A stretch of 63,927 nt of DNA, counting the filler, from Hyphochytrium catenoides (Eukaryota > Protista > Hyphochytriomycota): assembly GCA_900088475.1 (NCBI GenBank). It is 5 parts of 5 records of this genome, joined end to end, with 100 filler letters (N's around TTAATTAATTAA, not from the genome) between each part and the next. Parts side by side here need not be neighbours in the genome. Positions count along the whole stretch, not along the records: positions 10,146 to 41,929 come from FLMG01002519.1; 4 more parts are not named here. One strand, given 5' to 3'. A program made the position numbers and the translations under genes. Under the pieces are notes generated by a model. It was not told where the DNA came from. It saw only the letters and a program-made list of their open reading frames with translations, and made no database searches. This document shows positions 10,709 to 22,700 of this stretch, piece by piece (position 1 is the first letter of the stretch; each line of letters opens with the position of its first letter).

Positions 10709-13700
10709 GTTCTCTTTTGACCCGTATAGTTCTATCTGTCGTTCATGGCTGTTTGCTTTTCGTCTCTTCTCTTCATATACTCTGTCTGTCTAGCCTATAT
10801 GTGTGTCTCTCCTTCTTCCACTTACCTCCTCCTTTCTTCTGTTCCTGGTCCCCATCTCCTATCTCCATCAGGCAGCTTGGGTTGGGCCATAGAAATATGC
10901 GCATCACCCCGACAGAAGTGACAGACCTCGCATCACATGCACGATTCCCCTTTACTTCAGCTCCACATCTCCTGTTGTTCTCTCTCTCTCTCCTTCTCGT
11001 CTTGCACGGGGCAGTTGGCCATTGAATGCTCCCGCCTTCATTAGCTTGGTTAAATGCGTTCGTTTTCTCTCTCTCTTTGCCTCAACGAACCTTCAATGAC
11101 TCTTTCTTCTTTGTTGAATGGGTTTCTCTTCTCTTAGGGGCTTCCACTTGCTTGGCCGCTGCCCCGTAATGCTTCGCTTTTCATCTTCGGCTTGACGTAT
11201 CCTTTCTCTTCTTCTGCTCTGACCCTTCTCCTCTTGGCACGTTGTCATTCTCTTCTTCTCTTCTTCTGCTTCTTGTTCTCGTCGCGCTGCAGAAGATAAA
11301 CAAGGCGGCTTGCGGCGGTGCTCACACCCTGGCTCTAAGTGGTAGGGTGCCTCTTTACCTAGCCCCAATCTTCTCCTCGCACTCTCTCTCTCTCTTTCTC
11401 TTCAGCCTCTCATGAGTCCTCTTTCCTCCCGTCACCCCTCATGTTTTATCGGGCAATGGCCACAGAGGAGACAGATACGCTCTGGGTGTTTGGCCAAGGA
11501 AAGTTTGGCCAGCTCGGTAAGTTAGTTGCCCATTGGATTAGTTAGGCAGTACATTCTCATTCTGTCGGCCTGTCTCTCTCTTTGCCTGTTCTCTCTTGTC
11601 TCTTCCTGGCTGCCTCTCCTCTTTCTCTCTTTCTGTGAAAGACATTTTATTGTGTCCTTCACTCTCTCCTCCTCTCTCTCCTTCCTGTCGCTTCTTGCCT
11701 CGCCTTGTCAGGCTACTTCTTAGATGACTTCCTTCAGGTCGTGAGCTCGCTCCATCGGCTAACAACTCTTGCAGGGAATGACTGGAACTTTGATGTTCTC
11801 GCCCCGGCGCAGTTGAAGGCTTTGAGAGGAAAGAAGATCTCGTTCCTCGAAGCGGGAACTCGACAGTCTTTGGCCCGAACAAGTTGGGGCACTTCTGTCT
11901 CTCTTTTCTCTTTACCGCCACTCTCTCTCTCTCTTTTTCTTTCTTTCTTTTCCTCTCTCTCCTCTCTCTGCTCTCTTTCCCTCTCTCTCCACTCTCTCCT
12001 GTCTCTCTCTCCTCTCTCTCTCTTCTCTCTCTTCTCTCTCTCTCTCTCTTTCCTTTCATAGCTCTCTTTATCCTTTTTTGTCTTTGGTTACCTTGATGTC
12101 ACATTAAGCTGCTTCCTTCCTTCCAGACTTTCGCAGCTAATTGACGGCGCCGTTACCCTTCTCTTTTTTTGTTCTCTCTCTTTGTCTCCGTTCCCAACCA
12201 TTTGTGTGAATCACCTTTATAGCCTCCTCCGTTTCTTCCGAATGTTTCTCTTACGGCTTCTCTCTCTCTCGTTTTTCAGAAACTGGACAAATCTACCTGT
12301 GGGGCTATGGAGCTTCAGGAGTGTTCAGGGATTATCCTGAGGATGTCTCAACAAAGGTGACCATCCACCCATTAGAGGTAAGTGGACTCCGATATGAACG
12401 AAGAAGACTCCGATATGAACGAAGAAGAAGAAGCGAGAGAGACGGGGCTGAAAAGACTGAGGAAAGAAACAGCTTGTAAGACAATCTCAAGCTACGACAC
12501 AGCGCCATTGCCAATCAAAGCCGAGAGAAGAGACACCAAAAGAGAGAGGGTGAGAACCTGAAAAAACCGAGAGAGAGAGAGATAAAAGAGAGAGACACCT
12601 CGAGGGAGAGAAAGCAAGCAGTGTCACGCCAAGTAAAGACCAGCACGACGTCGTTTCCTCGCGTCACGTTCTTCTTGCCAATCTTGTTTGGACAGATGGA
12701 CACCATTGGCCGACTGCGCGTGGTAGGAGCAACGGTTGGCTACGATCGAGCTTTCGTATGGGGAGAAAAAGGAAAGTCTTCTTCCTCTTTCTTCCCAATG
12801 AGGTGGAAGTTTCTCTCTAACTCTCTTTGCCTCTCTTTAGGCTGCGGACCGGACTTGGAAGCCCTTTCTTCACGTAAAGAATGCTTTGCTGCCTCTCTCT
12901 CTCCCGTTCTACCTTTCTCTTCTCGTTGCCTGTCCAGACCTTCTTCTCTCTCTGTCCCTGTCCTTTTGTTTGGGCTTGTGCCTCTCGTAACTCTTGCACT
13001 GTTGAGCTTCTGTCTTTGGCTATTCCTTCGGTTCTTGTCGCTCGCTACATTACTCTCTTCTCCTTCGCACCGGTTGAGGGCTATGACCAGCCTTTTCCCC
13101 GACTGGCTGTTCTTGCCTGCAGTCCTCTTTTTCTTCCACTGTTTCTCTCTAACTTTTTATTGGCGTTCATCTCTATATAGAGCCATTGATCTGCAGCACT
13201 ATCGCGAAGGCCAGTAGCTACTCCCTAAAGATGTACTACCGCTGTTCCCACTGCAAAGGAATGGAGCTGCTCTGCGTTAAGTGTGCAGCACTCTGTCATA
13301 GGTGAGGCACATCCCTTTTTATGTATCTACATTCTGGTTCCTTTTCCTCCTGTCCTAGAGACTCTATGACTTTCAACTCCAGGCATAATCCTCTTCCTTT
13401 CTCTCTCTCTTTCTCCGTCTTGACCTCGCCTCTTACTTTCCCTCCCTTCCTCTCTCTTTCTCTCTCCCGCGCTGGCTCTCGCTCCCTCTCCCCGGGTTCT
13501 CTTTCTTTCTGCAACCAGCTTTCTCTTTGCCTTCTTTTTCCTCATCCACTATCACGTCCTTAGCAGACTTCTGAACTTCTATCTCGCGCGTTTCCTTGGT
13601 TGGCTGCTTACACGTCCTATCACCATTTCATCGAAATAGGAATCACGGTGTTGAGGGTTATTTCTTAGAGTCACCAGCCACGATGCCTTGCAGTTGTTCC

Positions 13701-13811
13701 CAGTCATACGAACTCTGCCGTTGTGCGCCGCAAGAGCAACAGAAAGCCAAAGTGCCCGGGCCAGAGGATGAGGATTCTGAAGAAGACATGGAGAGAGACA
13801 CGGGGAGATGA
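10146..13811 (+). CDS. RCC1-repeat protein with C-terminal UBR-box-like zinc finger (5' truncated; about 11 exons)
   Basis: Exons 10146-10181, 10345-10396, 10872-10938, 11293-11341, 11466-11516, 11775-11882, 12280-12377, 12696-12771, 12841-12873, 13181-13301, 13640-13811. They splice to RCC1 repeats (SAGGAHSLAIT, VYIWGDNRYGQLGLGH, ACGGAHTLALS, WVFGQGKFGQLG, EAGTRQSLA, GQIYLWGYG) followed by CST...YYRCSHC...LCVKCAALCHRNH...PCSC...C. Confidence 0.82.
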
Positions 13812-14281
13812 CTCTGGTTCTAATTGTCTTCAGATGCTCCGCCCGGAGAGACAAAAATGGAAAGACGGCACCACGGCTTCGAAGTAAGCAAGATAGGAAG
13901 AGCGAAGAGCTTCATGGAGAAAGCTGCCATCATCCGTGTTATATTTCTTCTATGAATGTAGCTATGTCTGGGGCTATCTACTGATGCAGGCAAGCGTCAA
14001 ATCTCAGTGTGTCTACTTGTAGCAGCTCGTTCTCTTCTCTCTTTCTCTCCTTCCTCTGCCCCGGGAATGCTACTCGAAGAAAGACAAGCGGGCTAGGCAG
14101 AGAGCAGTATAACAGAGACGAATAGCCAGGAAGGGAGAGCGAGATGAGCCCAGTCCTCTCTCTATTTGGCTTAGCCTACATATGTTGGGCTCTCCATCCA
14201 TAACTATAGAGAAGGGAGATAATACTTGACCTAGACGGGACGAGCCATGGATGCGATGGAGGTCTCTCCCTTAACCGCTAA

Positions 14282-16141
14282 CTACTGAGCTGGCAGCGGT
14301 GTTGGCTTTGTCTGCTGGACCTTAACCCGACGGGAGGGTCGCAAGGAGACGAGAGGCACAGGAGAGGAAGGAGATGAGTGGACAAAGAGGTTGTCATACT
14401 CGACTGCCCCTCTCAACACGAGCAGCTCGTTAGATGCTGAAGAGCTGTGCCAGAGTCTCCATAACAGGCGACAGTTCAGTAGAAAGGCGGTAGTCAGACG
14501 ACTGACAGCAAATGTATAGAGCTGCACTTTAAAATGCACTCCCGAAAGCACTCGTCCTTCCCATAGCAGTCTGTTCCTGAACTGCAGCCGGCTAGAAAAC
14601 GTCATTTGAAGCAGTAGTACGCCTTCTACTGCCGTCACTATGAACATGACTATGGGTGCAAGGCGGAAGAGAGAGAGGTGGAGTTTCTCCTTGAAGAGAG
14701 GGACAAGGGCGTCCATGTGGAGGACCAGGTGGGTCCACAGCCAGAGCGAGAAGAGGTAAAAGATCCGCTGGTCCCAGTACATCGTATCACAAAGACTTAG
14801 ACATGCCAGGGCAGTCTGTGAGACTGGTAAGAGGTAGTCAAAGGAGCTCAGAAGCTCCCAGAGAAGCGTTCTATTGAGCAAGAGAGAGAGAGCCATTACC
14901 GTCAGAGAACTTACTATGGTCCCCGCCATAGAAATAACTCCCAGAACTGTTTCCTCACTTCCATCCTGCCATAGGAGGAGAGCAATGCAAGAGGAAGCTC
15001 CTCCAAAAGTTAGCAGCCCCAGTAGGCCAGAGACTACAGCGCGATGTATGGGCTTTAGTGTCATTAAGAGTCTAGCGGCGTGGAGACTCACAACGTCCCC
15101 AGCATCACATCCTCGCAGAGTCTTTGCGGTTGCCTGTCTACGTAGCTGTGTCTGTGTCTGCATATTGGTCGGAGAAGAAGAAGGGATGATAGAAGGTACC
15201 ATGCTAGCTGGTAGTAGTGGTCTCTGCTGCTCTTTACCTATTATGCTGCTGGACACTGAGACGTAGATGGACGTGGGTCGCAAAGTCCTCTTCTGATGTT
15301 GTGTGGCTCGCTCTGCAATTATAGAGTGTCGTCCTCTCTCAGTTGTCAAACGGAGCGCTAGGTTGATGCGATTAATATAGCAGTGTATTGGGTCTTCATC
15401 GTAGTGCGGACCTTTTGGAGCTTTACTATGGGCTTTCCAGCCTTTGTAGACGTTTTTGACGATAAACAGAGCGCAGTTAAGCACCACGTTGCAGCCCAAG
15501 TCAATGACAGAGAAACGACGGCCTGCGAGTCCAAAAAAGACATCGGAAGTCCCAGGGACCATGCGAAAGGCCAGAGCACCGATCCAGCCAACTGTCACCG
15601 GTAGAGCCAAGGCAATAGATACACGGATAGCCTTTCTCTTCATGACGGTGCCATCCAGCATTAGCGCCCCAATCCCAGCGATGGTCATGGCTAAGGCTGC
15701 TAGGAGCCGAAAATCAGCTTGTAAAGTACCAAGAAGCCCAGTAAGGAATAAAAGGATAAACACCATGAACCAGAACTCATAAGTTCTAGCTAACACCTTC
15801 ACCATGTCCACTCTCGAGCCTAAGATAACATTTAGACATGTGGGTATGATTAGGAAGAAGGAAAGAGTTGCCAGGACTTCTCCTTGTTCTGGTGACAAGT
15901 AGTAGCAGAAAAGACAGAGAAGGAAGCCAGCTTTGAGCGCGACCTGGAGAACTCCTTGAACCAATTCCAGATAGGACAGGAAGCGCTTCTCGCGCTGATC
16001 TAGCACTTTGGGGTCAATCCTGCAAGGCGCCAGAGCATAAAGAAGTGATCTGTTCAAGTTTATGACCGGTGGGTCCGAAGAGGGCACGACCTCATACACC
16101 GGAAAGTAAGAGCCATCCTTTCCCTTTCCAGTTGGTGCCAT
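14282..16141 (-). CDS. Uncharacterised multi-pass membrane protein, 619 aa, two related halves, intronless
   Basis: Long non-repetitive ORF with many hydrophobic helices. Related motifs MVKVLARTYEFWF...LMLDG and LLWELLSSFDYLL...LHMDAL flank a hydrophilic linker. It resembles oomycete hypothetical transmembrane families (from recall, not searched). Confidence 0.8.
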   Translation of the reverse strand: MAPTGKGKDGSYFPVYEVVPSSDPPVINLNRSLLYALAPCRIDPKVLDQREKRFLSYLELVQGVLQVALKAGFLLCLFCYYLSPEQGEVLATLSFFLIIPTCLNVILGSRVDMVKVLARTYEFWFMVFILLFLTGLLGTLQADFRLLAALAMTIAGIGALMLDGTVMKRKAIRVSIALALPVTVGWIGALAFRMVPGTSDVFFGLAGRRFSVIDLGCNVVLNCALFIVKNVYKGWKAHSKAPKGPHYDEDPIHCYINRINLALRLTTERGRHSIIAERATQHQKRTLRPTSIYVSVSSSIIGKEQQRPLLPASMVPSIIPSSSPTNMQTQTQLRRQATAKTLRGCDAGDVVSLHAARLLMTLKPIHRAVVSGLLGLLTFGGASSCIALLLWQDGSEETVLGVISMAGTIVSSLTVMALSLLLNRTLLWELLSSFDYLLPVSQTALACLSLCDTMYWDQRIFYLFSLWLWTHLVLHMDALVPLFKEKLHLSLFRLAPIVMFIVTAVEGVLLLQMTFSSRLQFRNRLLWEGRVLSGVHFKVQLYTFAVSRLTTAFLLNCRLLWRLWHSSSASNELLVLRGAVEYDNLFVHSSPSSPVPLVSLRPSRRVKVQQTKPTPLPAQ

Positions 16142-17160
16142 CGGTACTGCTTATGGCCCCTTACCCTTAGGCCCCTTACGCTTAGGCCCTATAGACTAAT
16201 CTCTCTATCTTTTATAAGGGGAAGCCCTGGTTGAATAGTGGGAGGAGCAAAGATAACGACGAAGTTCAGCTGCTATCTCGGCCATTGCAAGGGGAAGGTG
16301 TGTTGAGTGCGGGCGAATGACAGGCCCGAGAGGGAAGCATTGCCTAATGATTGATAGCGAAGCCTACAATTGTATACTCCTTCTCCTTGATCTTCTTCTC
16401 TTACAACAAGAGACCGATGATGGCTAGCTAGCGTGCTAAGAGCTGGCAGTCCATTGTAGGGCGAGTGATACACATTCTCCCCCCAGTCTTATTTCAATGT
16501 ACCAGCTTCCCGTTTGCCTGCCACTTTACCAAGAAGAGCCCCGTCCTCTTCTGTGCTATAAATAATAGGGGCTGCTTGCTGGTAATGGCGATGTTGAGAG
16601 GTGAGGAACGAGCAGTTGACAGATCGTTTTTTGAATAAAGGGCTGTTGCAGCAGGAGGGTCTCTGTTGCCCTTTCTAACATGATTTATGTCTTTTCTCCT
16701 CTGGCAAATGAGGAGGAGTAGCCAGGTCCTGCACCACTTTTTCTTTCCAAGCGCCCAAGCTGTCTCTCCTGTTTCCCTCCTCCTGGCTGCTGCTCCCGCT
16801 GGCAGCAGGCCGTATCCCTCATCCCAGAACAGGGCTAGGCGACCTACCTACTTGAAGACGCAAGGTGAAGTCTAGCAAATATGAAAGGAAGACAAGAGAT
16901 ACGGGGCTGGAGGAGAGGGCAGCCTCGCCCAAGCAGGAAGGAGATGGGAATCACATTTGTCCTATCAAGCGGTACCTAAAGGAGCGAGAGTACAGGTAAC
17001 TAGATGAGGGAAAGGAAGAATAAGAGAGAAACGAGGGAGGGGAGCAACGAGCGAGCATGGAAGAGTCACAACTGAAAGAGAGGGAGAAAGACCGAGAGAG
17101 AGGATGAGAGAGAGAGAGAAGAGAGAGAGGATGAGGGAGAGAGAAGGGGGCGAGAGACAG

Positions 17161-17191
<31 letters not shown>

Positions 17192-19475
17192 AAGAGAGCG
17201 AGTGTGACACAAACACAGAGAGAAAGAAAGAGAGCGAGAAAAAAGAGGAAGGAAAGAAGAAAGGTGGAGAGAGAAGAGACGGTTGGTCTGGAAGGAAAGG
17301 AAATCTCTGCTTTGCTCTGCTGTGGAAGAGCGTCTCAGTCAATCATCTGCTGCGGTTTCCTATCATGCCGGCCGCTCATGGCCAGAACATGGTGCTATCC
17401 AGAATGTATTATATAGACACCGCATGAAAACTAAATAAGGTGCATATGATTCATAATAATCATATTCCAACTTCTGGCCGTTTCATAGCATTTTTCAAAA
17501 AGTCTCAGTCCCGAAGCTTTCGGACAATCAATTGAAAAGTGAAACATTTCAGTGAAGGCAGTGAAATGAGGGCGAGGTTTCTCTTGTCCCGGAAAGACTC
17601 TGGAAAGAATCAAACGGTCGTTACATGTTGGGGTAAGAGGTCCCCCCTGAAGTAACTAGACAAAGGGAACAGACACAGAGAGGGAGAGGGAGAGGGAGAG
17701 GTTGTGAGAGCGACGGAAGTGCAAGAATGACGAGAGAGGGCGAGAGGAAAATAAGTAAACGAGAGCTATTTAGGGAAGAGGAGGTGTTGAGAAGAAGCAG
17801 CAACCTTCAAGAAGTGGCAGTAACACAGAGGAAAAAGGGAGAGATGAGAGCGAGAGGAAGAAGGCGAAGAGAAGCTTTGCAGCAGTAGAAGCGGGTAACA
17901 ACGAGGAGAGAGTGAACAGGGCTTTAGGGACATCAAGAACGGGAGACGAAAAGAGAAGGAGGAGAAAGATGAAAGAGAGGAAACAAAAGCTTGGTGATTA
18001 TTATTGTCAATAATAAATGCTGAAGAGATGATGGAAGTCCAAAGAAGCTTCAGTCCCGAGAAGGCGGGACCAGGCGAAGCTTAAGACAGTTATCGGTGTC
18101 CCTACCTCAGAAGTCCGTTGTTGTTAGCTTCTCAGCTGAGGACGAGAGGGATGTTAGCAGGATCGCGCTCATTGATTATCCCTGGCTTTTATAAAATAGA
18201 CTCCCGGGGACACATAGAGTATTGGGAGAAGCTTCTGCTTCACCACCACGCACGTGTGCAAGTAGCCACCCTTACTTTGTTTGTTATTCTTGTCACTCAC
18301 TTTATATGCCACATAGAAGGACAGGACCAAAAAGGACCTAATCGAATCCACATATGTTTTAGCTTATCTTAACCGGATGTATCATGAACCTGAAGCAATA
18401 AAGGGATTTGGTGGTGTCCCATGAACCTAAGTGTGTCGCGTATCGCCGCTGCTCTCTCTTCAACACTAAACTACAACCAATCTGGAGAAGCCTAGAGGCA
18501 AGATAAACCCTAGATGTCTTGGTAAAGGAACAAAGCCTGGACCTCTTCAAAGGACTTTTTTGACCTACTGGTTGTGGAGGAAACCACCTGAAATCAACAA
18601 GTAAGGAAAGGACAACGGAGGCAGCTTGTTTAACATATAGTATTACCATCAGCAAGCAACGGTCCTAGTAGCAGGGAATAACAAAGGGAGCCAACATTCG
18701 CAAAGACATCAAAGGGGAGAGAAGAAGTAGAACAAGCAGCCATAATAATCCCCAAAACGTAAGGGTGCCGGTGGTAAAGAACAGGAAATAAAATAGCAGA
18801 AAAAAAAGAAGCAAGGAACAACAACAGAAGAAGAAGAGCTTAGTAGAGCGGACGAAGTACCTCATACACGAAGAAGAACTACTTAAGATGGAGCTCTGTG
18901 GGAAAGGACAAGCATGGAAGATGATCAGTACGATGACGGCCAAGGAGAGTGGAGCCGCCGCTGCTGCCGCTTTGACGACGACAGTTTATCAACACGCCAA
19001 GAAGGAAAGAAGGGATGATGTCTCTAACGTTATCATTATGAATGGCCGTTAGCCACTCTTTAGTGAGTTTTCGCATGTTTCTGAGGAGTTACTGGTACAG
19101 CCAGTTCTCCACCCTAATCTTAGTCCCCCTTTCCTTCTATTTGTAGAGGAATAATAGCATCTGTTGGCTAAACATATGCCGCCTCGGAAGGCTTCTTACC
19201 TCTTGGCACTTTTCTGCTGCCTCCCACATCTCTTTCATACTCTGTCTTGGTTCTTCATACTTATTAAGCCCTATGAGTATATATCTCATCCGTTACTCTG
19301 ACCCGCTTCCGCCAGTGCTGTCAGCCTGCAATGTGTGTTTTTCTGCGTCTGTGAAGCTCTTTCTGCTGTCTCCAAGTCCCTGAAGATCTGAAGACCGCCG
19401 ATGACCTCGGGGTGACAGCAGATGAGATGCTGATCGGACGAGCTAAGTTATCGCTAGCAGGAGCAAGAGGCAAGT

Positions 19476-19506
<31 letters not shown>

Positions 19507-19713
19507 GCAAGAGAGAGAGAGAGAGAGAGAAGAGAGAAAGAGAAAGAGAAGAGAAGAGAGGTCCCATCCGACAGAGAGAGATTGAGGGAGAGAGAAGTCA
19601 ACCGATAAGGGCCATAGTCGAGATCCCGCATTGTAAAAGGAGGAATAGCCATTGCGTAAGTTCTCAAGAGGAGTGAGAAGGAGGCAGGTTCTGTTAAAGG
19701 AGGAGGACCCAGC

Positions 19714-22700
19714 ATGCTGCCCAGCAAGAGAGAGCGGCAACTGGAAGAAGCCTTGCCCTCAACCCCCAGCACTAACAGGAAAGCGAACGACAAAGAAGAC
19801 TCACCTGCAAGTCCGAGAAGTAAGAAACTCAGATTCCTTCGTCCTACCTCTCTCCCTCTTTCTCCGTCCCGTCGTCAGCTAGCCTCGGGCTTGAGGAGGA
19901 GAGAGGAGGCAATGGATACAGAGAGAGAGGAAGCGAAAGGGCTGTGCCCGCCTTCTCACCTGCTCAGTGAGGGCGAAAGGAGCTTTACATGGGAAAAGTG
20001 CGCAAACTGGCTAAGAGAGAAACGGCGCGAGCGAGACCGTCAGGCACCCAGCAACGCCGTGGAGAGTCAGAATAATCAAGCTCTTCTCTCGCAGGTAAAG
20101 CCCAAGTTATCAGCCGTAATCTCCCCAAGATGTCTCATGCGCCACCAGCTCCTATCCTGCTTTCTCCGTCGCTCGATCTTTTCTCTCTCCTTTATCCCTA
20201 TCATTCCTAACTCTCGCCTTCCTCTCACTTTTTTACCCGCAATCTCTGTCATTCTATCTTCCTTTCCCCTGACTTACTTTGTCTCTCCCCCTTTTCTCTC
20301 TCTCTTTCGGTAATTGTTCATTCTGTTTGTCGAACGATGGACGATGTCATTTTGTCTGAAGCTACCTCCGCTAACTTGCTGTCAATAGTGTGATGAGGCA
20401 AGTCAGTCCAACTCGCTTGAAGAGGGAGCCAGAAGCACAAAGGATGCAACAGGACCTGAATGTTCTGAAGAGAGAACGATAGGGAGGAGGAGGAGAAGAA
20501 GGGAGGGGGCGCACAAAGAAGAGGGAAAGAGTGCAGTGACGCAGGTGCAGGAAGAAGTCTATCGGCAGTACCTGCAAGTCTCTAAGCTGACTGTGGAGCT
20601 TCTGGAAGCTCACCAACGGGGACAAGAGATAAGAGAGCTGAAGGCTAGAGTAGCCATGAGAAGAATAGAGGCGTACGAATAGCACTACCTGGACGCTCGC
20701 TCTCTCCTCTTGTCGCCCTTGTTCTCTCTCTTTACCTATCTCATTCTCTCCCAAAAGCTCGTAGCTAAAGGGACTCCCTCTCGCCGTCCTGGTGGCTTGT
20801 CTCTGCTTTCCATAGTACTATGCTTAGTGCTATCTTTATTCCCTATCGATGGCACTTGCCTAACCTCCCATTTTCTCTTCGCTCTAGCGCTCTCTTCTTT
20901 TTTTCTCTGTCCTCATGCCTTCACTCTCTCTTTCCCTTTCTTTCTCTCTCTACCTTTCTGCACCTGTTTCGCCTATCTTTTGTCTGCCTTTTCATGGTGT
21001 CTGTTTAGAGTTTGTTCATTCAACCTTCCCTCTCTGTAGGTTGCCAGAGAGGCTGGAGAAGCTGCTAGACAACACACGGCTTCAGTTGACGGAGCTCCAC
21101 TGTGGGGCGGCTATAAAGGAATTTGTGATGAAGATAGAGGAGGTGAGAGGGAAGGGAGAGAGGAGTTTCCAACGTATTTCCTTGACATTCAGAGCTCTCA
21201 ATGACTGATAGCTCAAGACCTTGCCTCTGTGCATCGAAGCTGAATATGATTCGTGCTCTCTGTCTAATACGGCCAAATATCTCTCTGGCGCTCATTGTCT
21301 CTCCTTCCGCTCTTCCCTCCCCCTCGGGCCTTGTGTCTCTCTCTCTCTCTATTTCCCTCTCTCTTCTGGAACTACTCCGATAGGCTCAGAGCAGAGGCGC
21401 GTTCAAGGATCCTGCACATCCTCCCGTCGGACCTGTGATCACTCTACTTCGCACCCAAGAGCTGAAGTACCAGTTGGCGGTAGAGACAGCTCTTGGGCCA
21501 GACCTTCTCTCCTCGTTTCTCGTTTTTCATAAAGAAGACATCCAGGTAAGCCGGAAACGAGATAGTGTGGATGGAGCAAGGAGGAGAGAAGACCAGAATT
21601 GGGGAGAAAGAAAAGGGGGAAACATTTCAAATTGCGTATCGTAGCTTTCCACTGGTGCCTTGCGCAGTCTGTTGCCCTCCCTTGGTCTCTCCTCCCTTTC
21701 TCTTTCCATTCTATATCTGTCCTTAGAAAGTTGCTCTTTTGGGTTTCCTCTCTTCTTACTCTATTAGCTTGGCGTCTTCCTCTTTCTTTTCTATCGCTCG
21801 CTGGTGCCCTCTCTCTCTCTTCCCACCTCTCCTTTTCCTGATGGCCTCATTGGTTCTCCTAGGTTCTCCTAGACCTACAGAACAGTATAGCGTGGCCTTC
21901 GGAAGCTGATCGACGACGTCTTCCCTTTGAACATCCTCTAAGCCAAACGGTGATGGGTAGCCCTTCACTAGTCCTCTGCCCCATCTCTAATGATGAGGAA
22001 GATAAACGGGATGTAACGACAACGAACAGTGCAGAGGAAGTGACACTCGTTTCTTTTGTTGATGAAGCTGACGAAGCTGTAGAAGAACCAAGAGACAGAA
22101 GACAAAGAACGAACCTGGACTTGGACATCCGCTCCTGGATGAGGGATAGAGGGTCATGGAACACCTGGTTCTTCGATGAAGGACAGGACAGAGAAAGAGA
22201 GAACGGAGGAGATGATGGGCCCGACCCCACCTTGGATCAGCTGGAGGTTTGTTCAGATCTTCGCTTAGCGTATAGGAAAGTCCAGCAGGCAATCAAGTCT
22301 GCAATGGGTAAGGCGGGCGTATCGTTTCCTTCCCAAGGTTCCTTTCGGATACCCTCTTCCTCTCAGTAGACCAATAGGCTTGGGCTGTTCTTCTTCTATG
22401 CAACGCCGTCTCTTCATTAGCCCAGGTCTCTCTTCTGTTGCATACGGCCATTACGGATCTCGTGAAGACTTTGCCTTCCTCTCCATGCTTTCTCCATCTG
22501 TCTCTTCGACTGCCTGCATCTCCCTCTGGCAAAAATGGGCCTGTTTTCCTCTCCCTTCAGTGTCTCGTCTTCATATGACTCTTCTTTTCTCTCAACATAC
22601 TTCCGAGCCACGCGTCATTGCATTTCTTTTGACTTTATGTACCTTCTGCACTTTGCTATTATTAGGGGCGGAAGCTTACAAGCCCATGGAGACAGAGGCC

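Noticed and set aside
12385-12426. 21-bp tandem duplication GACTCCGATATGAACGAAGAA (similar short duplications near 16155, 47978 and 62061)
   Set aside because: Two-copy slippage products in non-coding DNA with no element between them.
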